Notes under the pieces: model-generated
Database searches by the model: none
What the model was told of the DNA's origin: nothing
Seen by the model: the letters and a program-made list of their open reading frames with translations, nothing else
Origin: Saccostrea echinata
Lineage: Eukaryota
Reading direction: 5' to 3'
DNA: 64,000 nucleotides
Assembly: GCF_033153115.1 (NCBI RefSeq)
Contig: NW_026889751.1
Coordinates: 9,486,001 to 9,550,000, forward strand
Position numbers and translations under genes: made by a program
Part shown: positions 1 to 12,026 of the stretch, one piece after another
How the letters are laid out: the number at the start of each line of letters is the position of its first letter
Position numbering within the stretch: the stretch's first letter is position 1

Positions 1-165
1 GAATTAAGAAGAAGGGTTAATCCAGCTGGAAAACAGAGAAAGTTATTAAATCAAACATGAAAATAAGCATGTAGTCTGAAAAACATTAACATGACAATGA
101 ATCATATGATATGTGGTAAGGTGTTACTTTAATAAGAATAAAAAGATACATTATAAAAGATATGT

Positions 166-1574
166 TCATAATGGTTTTAAGCTGGAATACATACCAAAAC
201 CAATAACAAGAATCAAAGCGAATGGAGGAATCACGATTTCTACTGCGGACGGACGAACTTCAGGTTCAGTTTCTGATTCAACAATACTTGGGGATTCTGG
301 AAAAATTTCATTCACTTTCAACTCAGCCTCAGCTTCGGGTTCTGGCAATGATGAGGTCTCTGGTTCTGTTTCTGATGATACTGAGACCTCTGGTTCTGTT
401 TCCGGAAATGATGTGGCCTCTGGTTCTGTTTCTGGTGATAAAGTGGCCTCCAGTTCTGCTTCTGGTGATGATGTGGCCTCTGGTTCAGTTTCTGGTGATG
501 ATGTGACCTCTGGTTCAGTTTCTAGTGATATTGTTGCCTCTGGTTCAGTTTCTGGTAATGATGTGGCCTCTGGTTCAGTTTCTGGTGATGATGTGGCCTC
601 TGGTTCAGTTTCTGGTGATGATGTGACCTCTGGTTCAGTTTCTGGTGATGATGTGGCCTCTGGTTCAGTTTCTGGTGATGATGTGGCCTCTGGTTCAGTT
701 TCTGGTGATGATGTGGTTTCTGGTTCAGTTTCTGGTAATGGTGTGGCCTCTGGTTCAGTTTCTGGTGATGATGTGACCTCTGGTTCAGTTTCTGGTGATG
801 ATGTGGCCTCTGGTTCAGTTTCTGGTGATGATGTGGCCTCTGGTTCAGTTTCTGGTGATGATGTGGTTTCTGGTTCAGTTTCTGGTAATGGTGTGGCCTC
901 TGGATCAATTTCTGGTAATGATGTGGCCTCTGGTTCATTTTCTGGTGATGATGTGGTTTCTGGTTCAGTTTCTGGTAATGGTGTGGCCTCTGGATCAATT
1001 TCTGGTAATGATGTGGCCTCTGGTTCATTTTCTGGTGATGATGTGACCTCTGGTTCATTTTCTAGTAATGATGTGGCCTCTGGTTCAGTTTCTGGTGATG
1101 ATGTGGCCTCTGGTTCAGTTTCTGGTGATGATGTGGCCTCTGGTTCAGTTTCTGGTGATGATGTGGCCTCTGGCTCAGTTTCTGGTGATGATGTGGTTTC
1201 TTGTTCAGTTTCTGGTAATGATGTGGCCTCTGGTTCTGTTTCTGTTAAAGATGTACCTTCTGGTTTAGTTTCTTGTGATGATACGAATTTTGGTTCAGTT
1301 TCTGGTGATGATATACCTCCTGGTTCCGGTGATGATGTGGGTGGAACGTGTTCAAGTGTTGAAGTACTTTGTTCTGATAAAGCTTCTGGAATTGAAGATG
1401 ATAACAATGCAAGTGACTTAAATTCTTTAGCCATCTTAACACAAATGGCGATAGAATTTAAAGGATTTCTTTTATTTAAAATCCCCCCCCCCCCCAAAAA
1501 AAAATCTTACCTTTTGTAGATTCCAGAACAAACAGAAGACACATATAAACAAAGCAGCGTATTGAACTTTTCAT
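166..1574 (-). CDS. Secreted or membrane-anchored acidic Glu/Pro/Thr/Ser tandem-repeat (mucin/procyclin-like) protein, ~427 aa; exons 1574-1511 and 1385-166
   Basis: Exon 1 encodes a signal-peptide-like MKSSIRCFVYMCLLFVLESTK followed by a GTAAG donor at 1510. The acceptor ttccAG at 1386 joins in frame to EALSEQST..., then ~30 TEPEATSSPE repeats and a hydrophobic C-terminus IVIPPFALILVIGFGMYSSLKPL*. Confidence 0.8.
340..1330. repeat. Coding minisatellite, 30-bp unit (tctggttcagtttctggtgatgatgtggcc), about 32 copies
   Basis: Visible directly; degenerate at both ends and homogeneous in the middle. Confidence 0.95.
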
Positions 1575-3129
1575 TTTCTTTCTTGAAACATTTATCCCTT
1601 AAAAAATGACAAGTCAATTAAGAAGAAAAAGGAAATCCATGTTTCGGACATTTCCATCAGACATCGATTGGCTTCAAGAAAATAATCATTATACTACCAG
1701 TGTAGCTTACACATCTATTAATGAGACTCCTATTTGTCAATGAAAAACTTGATCAATATACCAATATTGTTCAGGTATTAGGCTGCTTTTACTTCGTTGC
1801 TTAAAAAATATACATTTTATGCTTATCAATAATACGGCGCTGTCAACCATACAGAAAACTCCTAATAAAATGTTTGTACAAATATGACGAATCGACCGAT
1901 TTTATCACTTCTTTTATAATAAAGGATGCACGGATACGGAGGAGAATTTCTCTCTCTCTCTCTCTCTCTGACAGTGATCTGTTCGTAATTTTCTATTCAC
2001 TGTAGGGGACCATAACGAAAACAATTCGGACAATGTTCAAGTATTTGCTTTCTTTTAATTTCTCATATATTCACTTCTTCTTTCCATCGATTATTTAACT
2101 TATTTTCACCATTACATAATTTTTCTATTCTCTGCTTTTTGGGATAGCTCCTTGTCATGATAGTTATAACACCTACGAAATCCATTTCACATGAAGCTGA
2201 CTAAATAAATATAAATGTGATTGGCAGTGAATTTTATTTACCGAAACACCTTATTTTCGTTAATTGTTTACTTATGCGACATGCCTACTATTTGTGAGTT
2301 GAAAGTGTTTGTGTTCCATTACGTCAATTCATACATGTATGATATCTGAAATACTGTTAAAAACAACTTCCCATTCAAACAACAAATCCTTGATTTATAA
2401 GATGGATGGAGTGAAGCTGATAACATTTCACGTAAATAAAGTAATATTTTTTTCTTTCCCGAAGCATTTTTGCAACCCTTGGAATTGATCTCTTCCCCAT
2501 TTAACTCTTCAAAATAAATTATTATTTTATTAAAATCACCAACAAGTGCAGTAATCAATACTGCACAACGTTTTTTCTCGTAAAATGCAATTTATATTGC
2601 ACGGTAAAGAAAAAGTGTGTGTTGGGGAGGGGGGGGGGTAGTCTCCTATAACAGTTCAACACATCTGGCATAGAATTTGAAGAATCTGGCAGAGAATACA
2701 AAGTAAGGAGGATAACTCAAGTTATTTTATGACAAGAGATTTATAAGATAATTACGGGCATAAAGAGAACAAATATAGGAGGGAAAAAGGTCTAAAATAC
2801 AGGTGAAAAAGAGCATAAAATAGATATCTATATATTAAACATGTATGCGTATAACTCTTGTATATATTGTGGTAATGGGTATTACTACGATGACAATACA
2901 TACATCCTAAGTAGAGTTGCAGAGACTGAAGCGCACAGGAAATAAATTGTGTATTTTTTAACATTTTTGAACTATTTTTTTTTTCTTTTATATCTTTCAA
3001 AAGGTTTTTTCCCTTAGTGAAGAATTTGGATTAAAAAATCACATAGTTTAAATAATGTAGTGTGCTCTTCATTTGTCATAATCCAGAAATTTTTTTTGAT
3101 TATTGGATACTGTGGTGAATTTTTTATTA

Positions 3130-3572
3130 TTCAAATGAAAACTTTGGTTCCTTATTGTGGCCCCAACCTACCCCGGGGGCCATGATTTAAACAATTTAGA
3201 ATCTACACAACCCCAGGATGCTTCCCCATAAGTTTCAGCTTTTTTGGCCCAGTGAATCTTGAGAAGAAGATTTTTTAAAGATTTTTTCGTTATTTCAATG
3301 TCAAACTTTGATTCCCTATTGTGACCCCACCCGCTACCCCTAGGGGTCAAGATTTGAACAATTAAGAATCTACACTACCCCCAGGATGTTTCCATATAAG
3401 TTTCAGCTTTTCTGGTCCAGTGGTTGTGGAGAAGATTTTTAATTTTTCCTATATATTTCAAGTGAATACATTGATTCTCTATTGCCCCCCCCCTTTACCC
3501 CCGGGGGTCATGTTTTGAACAATTTAGTATCTACACTACCCCAGGATGCTTCCAAATAAGTTTCAGTTTTTC

Positions 3573-3606
<34 letters not shown>

Positions 3607-4016
3607 GATTTTTCCTAAATATTTCAATGTGAAACTTTGATTCCCTATTGTGGCCCTACCCTACTCCCGGAAGCCATGATTTGATCAATTTAGAATTAAC
3701 ACTGTCCTAGGATGCCGTCACATAAGTTTTAGCTTTTCCAGCCCAGTGGTTCTTGAGAGGAAGATTTTTCAATGACCCCACCCTATTTTTGTTTTTTCTT
3801 GATTATCTGCCCTTGTAAGGATGCTTGGCCCCTTTATTTTGACAATTTAAACTCCCCTTTACCCAAGGATGGTTTGTACCAACTTTGGTTAATATCGGCC
3901 CACTGGTATTTGAGAAGAAGTTGAAAATGTGAAAAGTTTACAGACGGATGGAAGCACGACGTACAACAGGTGATCAGAAAAGCTCACTCGAGTTTTCAGC
4001 TCAGGTGAGCTAAAAA
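3130..4016 (-). mobile_element. Truncated Helentron-type non-autonomous element (HINE) with ~170-180-bp tandem monomers
   Basis: Terminal palindrome agctcactcgag...ctcaggtgagct at ~3981-4011, adjacent gacgg-type microsatellite remnant, and about four monomers (ccctattgtggcccc...agaatctacactacc...gaagaagattttt). Confidence 0.75.
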
Positions 4017-4246
4017 CCTTTGAAAACTTTCGGTACGTCAAGGTTTTTCCGCACTTTTTCAGCCTTAAAGTCAGCAACAGTTTCCCGTCCTATGACGTCA
4101 CAAAACTTTTCCATTTATTATGTGTAGTGAAAGTCGGAAAATTTATAACGGTTTTAAGTATAAATCACCTGAATATATTGTAAGCAAGCAAGCATTATGT
4201 CTACCTTTTCCACAACTATATTTTACAGCTATATTTAGCTTTAGAG

Positions 4247-4279
4247 GTTGCCATTGGTGATGACGTCACTCTTGGTAAC
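4247..4279 (+). promoter_or_regulatory. Putative promoter module: X-box-like / CRE (TGACGTCA) / X-box-like; second CRE near 4092
   Basis: GTTGCCATTGGTGA-TGACGTCA-CTCTTGGTAAC lies ~100 bp upstream of an ATG exon (4382-4432). Confidence 0.4.
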
Positions 4280-4381
4280 TCAAGGAACTGTTGCGTTGTG
4301 GTTACTGTTGTTAGTTACTCACTTCGATCAGTGGCGAGTAGACGTGTTTTTCACAGAGCAACAAAAATCTCAAATATCACT

Positions 4382-7300
4382 ATGAAAAGAGAAAGATCTT
4401 CCGAAAGAAAGAGCAAGAGTGTGTCTAAGAGGGTAATTCTTCAGGAAATAAATTTCTTTTGGTCTTTAATGTTTGTTTTCATGAAATATAGTAAAATTTA
4501 CGACGTCAAGGGGAATAACGATACATGTATATGTGGCCAAATTACCATCTTTAAATGTTGGAGAAAATATTCAACCGACCTCAGATTATAGACCTAAAAT
4601 TCATAGATCTACGATCATGTGAAAAAGGGGAGGGATGGGGTAGGGCATGAATTTCAGTACAAAGACTTTAAGAATACTGTGTGACGAAAACATCATATTC
4701 CCGTTTAATTTTAATCTTATAAGGCTTATTGAAAGTACTCACCGTTGTCTGATTTACGGTTTAGACCTCAGTCTAGAAAAATGGGCATAAACAAAATTAA
4801 AACAAAAAAAATTTTCATTGTAAAGATTTTTCGTAGACAAAACATGAAGAAAAGACAACAGCAATAAACATCGGTACATAGAGGAAATTCGGTCACGATA
4901 AATAATCATCATGGCATTGATAATGTATGCTTCATTCCATTCCTAAATATCAGCCAGTTTTTAGCTTTACGAAATCCTGCTTACATAATGTATCCATTTG
5001 CAAACTTACCTCTCAAAATTCATCATGCTAATAGAAATAAATTATTTTAATCTCTTTGAATCCCTCTCTCATCTGCAAATCAAATAAGAAAAGGGGAGCG
5101 TACTGAGAGCAATCGTAAAAGGAGTTGTTCCCCTTTGACCATAAAATGAAGTGGTCAACTATTTTTATTTCAAAGCAAGATTTTTTATTACTTTCTCTAA
5201 CTAGCACTCTCTGCTACCACATGCATAACTACAATGTATTGCAATAACATCTTTTTGGGGGGAAAAGGGGGGGGGGGGTAATTGACCAGCGAAAAAAAGG
5301 AAAATAGGCAGTTTCAACAAAACTAGTATCATTTTACTTTCATTTTCGGCAGAATTTTTTTTCGGTATACAAGAATGTGAAGGCATTCGACCTAAGAATG
5401 AAAAATTCCGTACTAAATTAACAGCAAAAGACCTCTTCTCAGAAAAGAAGTGGAGGGGACCAGCCCCCCTCTCCACCCCAACCCGTACTTAACTATAAGG
5501 GTCTGATTAATTCGCAACTCAAAATGCAAAGAGCTGTAAAATTTCAACATTAATAAATCCATGGGAAAAATAAACCATTACTGTGGAAAGCACAACACTG
5601 TGCAAAATTTTTTAAACAAAAAATCAAAACAAAACAAAAACGTGGGTGGCAGTAAGGGGAGGGGGGGGGGTGTCCTGTTGTACATAGGCAAAATACATGT
5701 TTACATAAATTTTACATTTTTAACGTTTGTTTGCAAGTAGATAAAATTACTGCTGTTTTATAAAATTTATTTATCTGGCTTGAGTTAGTTTTAGATAAGA
5801 AATGTGAAAATGCAAATCCCTTAGAATAATCAAGAAGGTTTTTGTTGTAATTCTAGCGCCGTGTAGAGGCCTCTTCAGATGACAGTCGTCAGTGGTACGA
5901 GGTGATGCTTGCCCTGGCGGCCAAATTAGCTGTAAGTCTCTCTCTCTCTCTCTCTCTCTCTGCCTCTTTCTCAACTTCAACCTCTAAATTTTTTCTATAA
6001 TTTCTCTCCAGTGCAAGCAAGTCTTTGCTTCTGCTGTTCATGAATGGAGAGATCATATTCGAGACTGGGCAAGAGTCTGAATTGGGATATTCTTTGCAAT
6101 AAATCAAATTCACTTCTGTGTGTTCATACCAATATTTTCTTTTTGGTGTTTAGATAGTCATGTTTTATAATAGTACTTCTATTTTTTTTTTTTAGCGTGA
6201 ATTGACCAGTGCCATCAACAAGTCTGAGGAGCGTAGAGAGCTTCCTACCATACCACAACCTACGCACCAGGTTAGTGTCGGACTCATTTTCATTATTGGA
6301 AGAACATATAGACACAAATATTCCTTTTACTTACTAATTACTTATTCAATATACGAATCTACGAACAACAATCAAGCTTTTTAATCACATTTTCTTGGTT
6401 GGTTGTAAGTCATTTGGATTGAAATGTACTATTTTTTTCTAACAGATTGAGTGGCTGGCTAGAGTCAATTTTAAGCACAGACCAGTGCGCCGTGACGTAC
6501 CAGAACAGAGACGTCACAAAGTCTCCAAGAAACAGGACTTGAATTCTTCCTTTTACGTTCATTGAAGAAGAGAATGATTTTGGTGAGTTGAATCCCCCTA
6601 AACTACTAATGGATGTCTATACATATCTTTTATTTCAATAAAAAATGTTATTTGTGAAGAGATTTTCTAAAGAGATAATCAAATAACAGTCCCTTAAGGA
6701 GGGAGGGTTTTGCCCCTCCCCCAATTAATTTTCTTCCATTATACATATACTACGCAGTATAGACAACCAATCAAATTTTACTGCCCCCCCCCCCCCGCAT
6801 GATAATGTCTGATTACTTTTTTGGGGGGTTTTGCTTGTCAATAAATTTCTGTCCCCATTCCCATCCCATTGAAATTGCTCCCACGGGTCTGGATTATAAC
6901 AAAAGTAAATTTTCTATTTAAAAAATTGAAAATTTCGCTAAGAAAAAGAAATATGTGAAATTTTATAAGAGAACAAGTTTTAGGGTTCTATTTAGAAATG
7001 ACATTAAGAAAAAAAGTAAGAACAATACAATGGTACTTGTGATTATGTTTCAGAATTAGAACTGGTCCCAGGATCATGAGTCTGAGACTTAAGTCAGAAT
7101 TTCAGTCAATCATAAAAGAAATATTTATTATATCCTGATGCTTTAAAGGAGATGGGTGAACAAGGTGTGCAGAATGCCTATAGCCTCAGATATATAAGAT
7201 CATATTCAGTTTGTGAATTTAACATTTAGAGTAAAGTTCTCATTATTGAAATTTATGAAATTCTGATAAACAAAACTTTTCTGAGGAAAATTTTCTTGGC

Positions 7301-8360
7301 AAAATTATTCTGTTGATTAAAAATAATAATGTGGTTTTCGTGAGCCTCGAACCCTTGCAATAAAAATCCTGAGTATCATTTTCCTTTGAGACCAACACGC
7401 TAACCACTACGCTGCACAGTATTTAAATAATGTTTGTGATATGACCCTGGACTAAATGAACTTCAAGTATTTCTCCGAAAGATGCAAATGTTGTGTCATA
7501 AAGGTGTATTTTTAAGGTATAGTGGTTCTTTGTGTCATCATTTTGTTAACCAAAAATGTATATTTTCACGCAAACTTTAAGTATTAACTTTCGATGGAGC
7601 GAAGACCCACTCATATCGAAAAATTGGGTTACATGTCAATCTGATTAAAATCAGCTGTTCTGATACGCTACCGCTTACGAACAGCTGATTTTAATCAGAT
7701 TGGTTACATGTATATGTAGTACGAGAAAATGACCTTTTTGCTCTCATTAGTGTGTGTATGCTATTCATAGGCAAATAATTTCAATTTTTGTGAGATATTT
7801 GCAAATCGAAGAGATTTTAAATGAAGTATACTTTCATTTTAGATGAAATATCAAAAGAAAATTTTGCTATAATTGAGATTTAATTTTTCACCTTCATGTA
7901 GGCATTTCGCTCGCCTTGTTCGCCCATCCTTCTTTAAATCAACAACATGGAAGGACAATTCTGAATAACATTTCAAATTCTACATGAGTCTATAATAAAA
8001 CTTAAAGACAACTTGCAAATGCTGACTTACATGTATGTCTAAAACTGCTTCATGATTTTGGGGCCAGGTTATTGTAAGTGGATAAATTTGGCCTTTCCGA
8101 TAATTAATTTGTTCATTTTACAGTTTGGCAATTTTGTATACGTAGTATTCTGGTCTGCGTTAATATTTATTTAGTGTTTTTTCCTCCTCTTTTCTCGCAG
8201 GTTATGTCTGCATGGTCGCAAATGGTTTGCTAACGTCAGACACCGAATGACCTCCACAACCGTCTCTGTACCATGTGGGCTGGACATTTTATGCTGCACA
8301 CCCCTTATGTTTTGCATTCTGGGGCCGTTGCATCTGTTACTGAACTTTAGTGTTAAATAG
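4382..8360 (+). pseudogene. Chain of exon-like segments with canonical splice sites but no continuous ORF (pseudogene or lncRNA)
   Basis: Candidate exons 4382-4432, 5857-5931, 6012-~6118, ~6196-6270, ~6445-6582, ~7054-7164 and from 8201, mostly with polypyrimidine-AG and GT ends. All frames I tried contain stops. Confidence 0.4.
7637..7702. mobile_element. 66-bp foldback mini-transposon, 24-bp perfect TIR, 9-bp TSD
   Basis: gttacatgt|CAATCTGATTAAAATCAGCTGTTC...GAACAGCTGATTTTAATCAGATTG|gttacatgt. Confidence 0.85.
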
Positions 8361-11300
8361 TCAAGACATTTTCTACATACCTTGCAGATGTACATATATG
8401 TCTTATTATTTGGAAAAGTTTGCCTCCATTAGACACTGACAGGGACCTGTTGTTTTTATAACGCAAAATTGCAACCTGTACAGTGTACATCTGTCCTCGG
8501 ACGACTTGGTGACAACGCCCCTTTTATGGGCTATGCGTGATTAAACAATGACATTGCAAGGTTGTGTCCATCCTGGTACCTTGTCCTCTGCCTTGGTATC
8601 CATGTCTCTTTTTGACATCGCTTTTTAAGGACAGTGGCAAGTCAGGGTTTTCCGGAGAAAAAAGGTTTAATACATGGGTTTTTTCACTTATGAAATAGTG
8701 ATTGAGAGTGATCTCCCGTGTAGAATTCTCTAAGCGGTGAAAACCAATAAAGCGTATGTTACAGAGGTAAACAAAAACACGTGTACTTCCTTCAACGGGT
8801 AGAATCATCTATACATCAAAAAAGAAAAGTAGTAATGGCTTTGTTGTACATTAATTGTACATTGTATTGAGGGACAAAGAGCCAACAGGCCGTCATTTAC
8901 CATAGTTATGCTCAGTATGCTGGGAAGATTTGACATATGGTGAAAGGTAGGTCGACCATGCCGATTGAGAACAGTTCTTAGGATGTGTGAAGGAATCAGC
9001 ATTAAGTAACTACGAATAAAAGTTAAAAATAAATCCATGCCAATATTTTTATGACAATGTGTTTCAATCAATTCAGTCAATTAAATGATAAAAACAATCA
9101 ACCAGTCCCTTGACCAATTTTAGCTGTTAAGGGACGCAACTCAGAAATGATGATCGGTACCGGTATATCCATGTCTTGTTTCTATATATACATTTTCAGC
9201 CAAAATATATATTGGTCATAGGAAATGAAGATACAATAATGTATATAATACAAAAACTCTATGAAATAAATGGGTTTTGAAGAAATATTATGGTGAAAAA
9301 TTATGTAGGTCCCTTTTATCAACATTTTACATAGAAAATGCATTAAGAATTGTAAAAACACTAACTTGACAAAATCTAAAAAAGAATGTTGGATTGGTAG
9401 GTAAAACGATCCAGAATATAACCTGTTTAGTACATTTTAACCTACTCAAAAGTTCTTGAAAAATTCTATACAATAACCAGGAACCTTGCCAATGTCCTTA
9501 ATATATTCGATCAGTGCATATTATCTATTCAAGATAGGTACTCTTCACACAATTGCTCCAAAGAAAATAGTTCCATTCATGATCAGTAGATAAAACATTA
9601 CAACAAATATTAAGAATAATCAAGTATATTTAATACGTTAAAGAAAACAAAATTAACGTTAAAAGATTTTAAGAAAATCACTTTTTCCCCAGAAAAGCAA
9701 ATAAAAAGTTTTCATATTCCTACGCTCGCTGCCTCCTCAGTCTTTTTCACGAAAATATATAGGTCACACTTCGATTGATAATGATAAATCTTTTCACCAA
9801 TTATATTACTGTCATGATTATTGTTCGTTAATTGCCGTATATTTTCTTTTGAGTTAGAATGTTAATCATTAACTGTGTGTGTGTTTTTTCTCTCTTTTTT
9901 TAAATAACGGAATGGTTATTATGGTTAAACACTTCTCGGCAAAGCAACGTGATTTTCCGAGCTCGGAAAGATCTTCGCACGTGTGTAGACCTAGGCTATT
10001 TGGTCTTGCAAGAACAGGTGTGTGCACCGTTCCCTAGTGACGCTTAGATCAGTAGACTGGGTATCAGTACTTGCTACGGACATAAAGAAGTTTAGAACTA
10101 TACACCAGTTTCATAACAAGTGCAGGTTTTTTACTCCAGGTGAAGCCCTAGACTGGGCTAGAGGGGCTGAGTTATGGTCATCGATCTAACACGAAAATGT
10201 ACTATTTTTGTAAATAAAAACATTTCTAGAAACAAAAATGAAGTTTATCTTCAAAACGTCTGTATATTCAAAATCAGTATATGGTGGAGGAATATTCAGT
10301 GATGCTCCATAGCCGCAACCGATCTCGCGCTTTCCTTTGCGTTTGACAACGGCCGTCAATGCATCACTGGACGAGTTCATTGATTACTCTAAAAGGTGAC
10401 AGGTTGGACCATCTTTAACATCTGCCTATACTTTGAGTGATAGTACTTTTTAATAGCACAAAATCAAAAAATGAATTAAAATCTATCCTTGATAGATCTA
10501 TAGTTTTGCTATTTATAAAAATGGGCTATCTTTGATAATCCATAACGGCTTGGACTTGTTTTGATTTTTTTTTTTTTACAGAAGATTCTATCATTGGAAA
10601 GTTAGATGGTACACATGTAGTACAGGCCCATAGTACGCGGGATTTTTTGGGAGTCCCCCCCCCCCTTTGAAAACGTTGCTATAGGCCTGTAACATGCTAT
10701 TTGGATTAAATATTCCTGAAAATGAGTGAGGCGTTAAATACATTTTTAAAATTATACGATTAATTATATTTAGTATATGTTCTATGTGAAATTAAAACTA
10801 TTTTTATGCATGTGCAACTTTGTGATAAAGTCACTACATGTAAGTAACGTTATATATGTACACGCAGTTTGTTTCCTACTATATGCATATTTTATTCAAC
10901 AAAAGATGTTGAAACTCAGTAGCCTAAATATTATGTCATTTTAGGATATTTATGTATATGGCACTTTTATAGTTGACTTTCTACAGCTCGAGTATCTCTG
11001 ACGTTTTGTCAGTAAATACTTGTTTTTTTTATTAGAAATCATCTGAACACAATGAAAATTCGAATAAATTAAAAGTCGAATATCTTGGATATGGGGTAAC
11101 CCATATCTATTCTTGTTTATGGGGTCATTTGTGTGGGTGTGTATGGGTATGTGATAGATTTTTTTTAAATTTTTTTTTATTATTTAATATTACATGTATA
11201 TCATTTTGCAGTTTTATTTGCTTTTACAAATGCGCTATGGGCACATTTGTATATAGTACTTGCATGATTTTTTATTGTTGAAATAAAATATTTTAAAATT

Positions 11301-11774
11301 GATTTTGACTTTCTTTTTTTATTCGGCATTATCCAGAAATGTTGTCTGATCTCAGACAGAGATGATTTTGATTCTGACTAATGCATGAGTAAGAGGTTTA
11401 CCGTTAGAATTTATTTTTGTTAAAATATATATACCCCCCTTCCTTTTTTAAACTTTAGTTTAAATGTCTTTCATTTACATAGGTAGTAACTCATCTCAGG
11501 AACAAATCTTCACTCCTATATTCCTGAGCCTCGATCCACCCTGCATAAAGATTAAAGTTGGAATTTCCCCACTTTTCCAGTTTGGAAAAAAAATTCTTGC
11601 TCAGTTTTTTTTTTTATGTATTTATTTATATTCATTTATTTGTTTTATTTTATCATTTAGGGGGGTGTCAATAATTTCAATCAAGTTTATTACCAATTAT
11701 CAAGGGCTGTCCCTTTTACAACGATACTATGCACCCGTCTTCGCATAAAACAATGAGGCAAAATACATCAAAAC

Positions 11775-12026
11775 CAGGCCCGTAGGAAGCAATTTCACTT
11801 TGAGGGGGCACAACTACACATTTTCAGTTGGGTCGGCACTATCCACTACCAAAATTTCTTGAGAAGCAAAAAAAAAAAAAAAAAAAAAGGCACCAGACGT
11901 TTTTATTGAGGGGGCACAAGCATATAGTAGCTATGTTTTCTATAGTAATCTATATATCGGCAAAATTATTGGGGAGGGGGGGGCACGGCCCTCCGTGCCC
12001 CCCCCCCCCTGGCTCCTACGGCCATG
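11775..12026 (+). mobile_element. MITE (CAGGCCCGTAGGA...TCCTACGGCCATG family), 5-bp TSD aaaac
   Basis: Imperfect TIRs; closely related copies at 42927-43162 (-) and 54544-54743. Confidence 0.75.

Noticed and set aside
340-1330. CRISPR-like regular repeats (also the 167-bp arrays)
   Set aside because: Head-to-tail tandem units with no unique spacers, no cas genes, and a eukaryotic context.
113-1519. 468-aa plus-strand ORF of SGDDVASGSV repeats resembling an Asp-rich shell protein, plus other overlapping repeat ORFs
   Set aside because: No ATG start or signal peptide; a stop-free antisense frame is expected from a 30-bp repeat. The minus strand has the signal exon and the anchor.
6012-7164. 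Multi-selenocysteine protein suggested by repeated in-frame TGA
   Set aside because: TGA-rich frames arise readily from off-frame reading or CpG decay; I recognised no SECIS element or selenoprotein homology.
7330-7420. tRNA-like sequence on the minus strand
   Set aside because: Only A/B-box remnants and no cloverleaf; likely repeat-derived.
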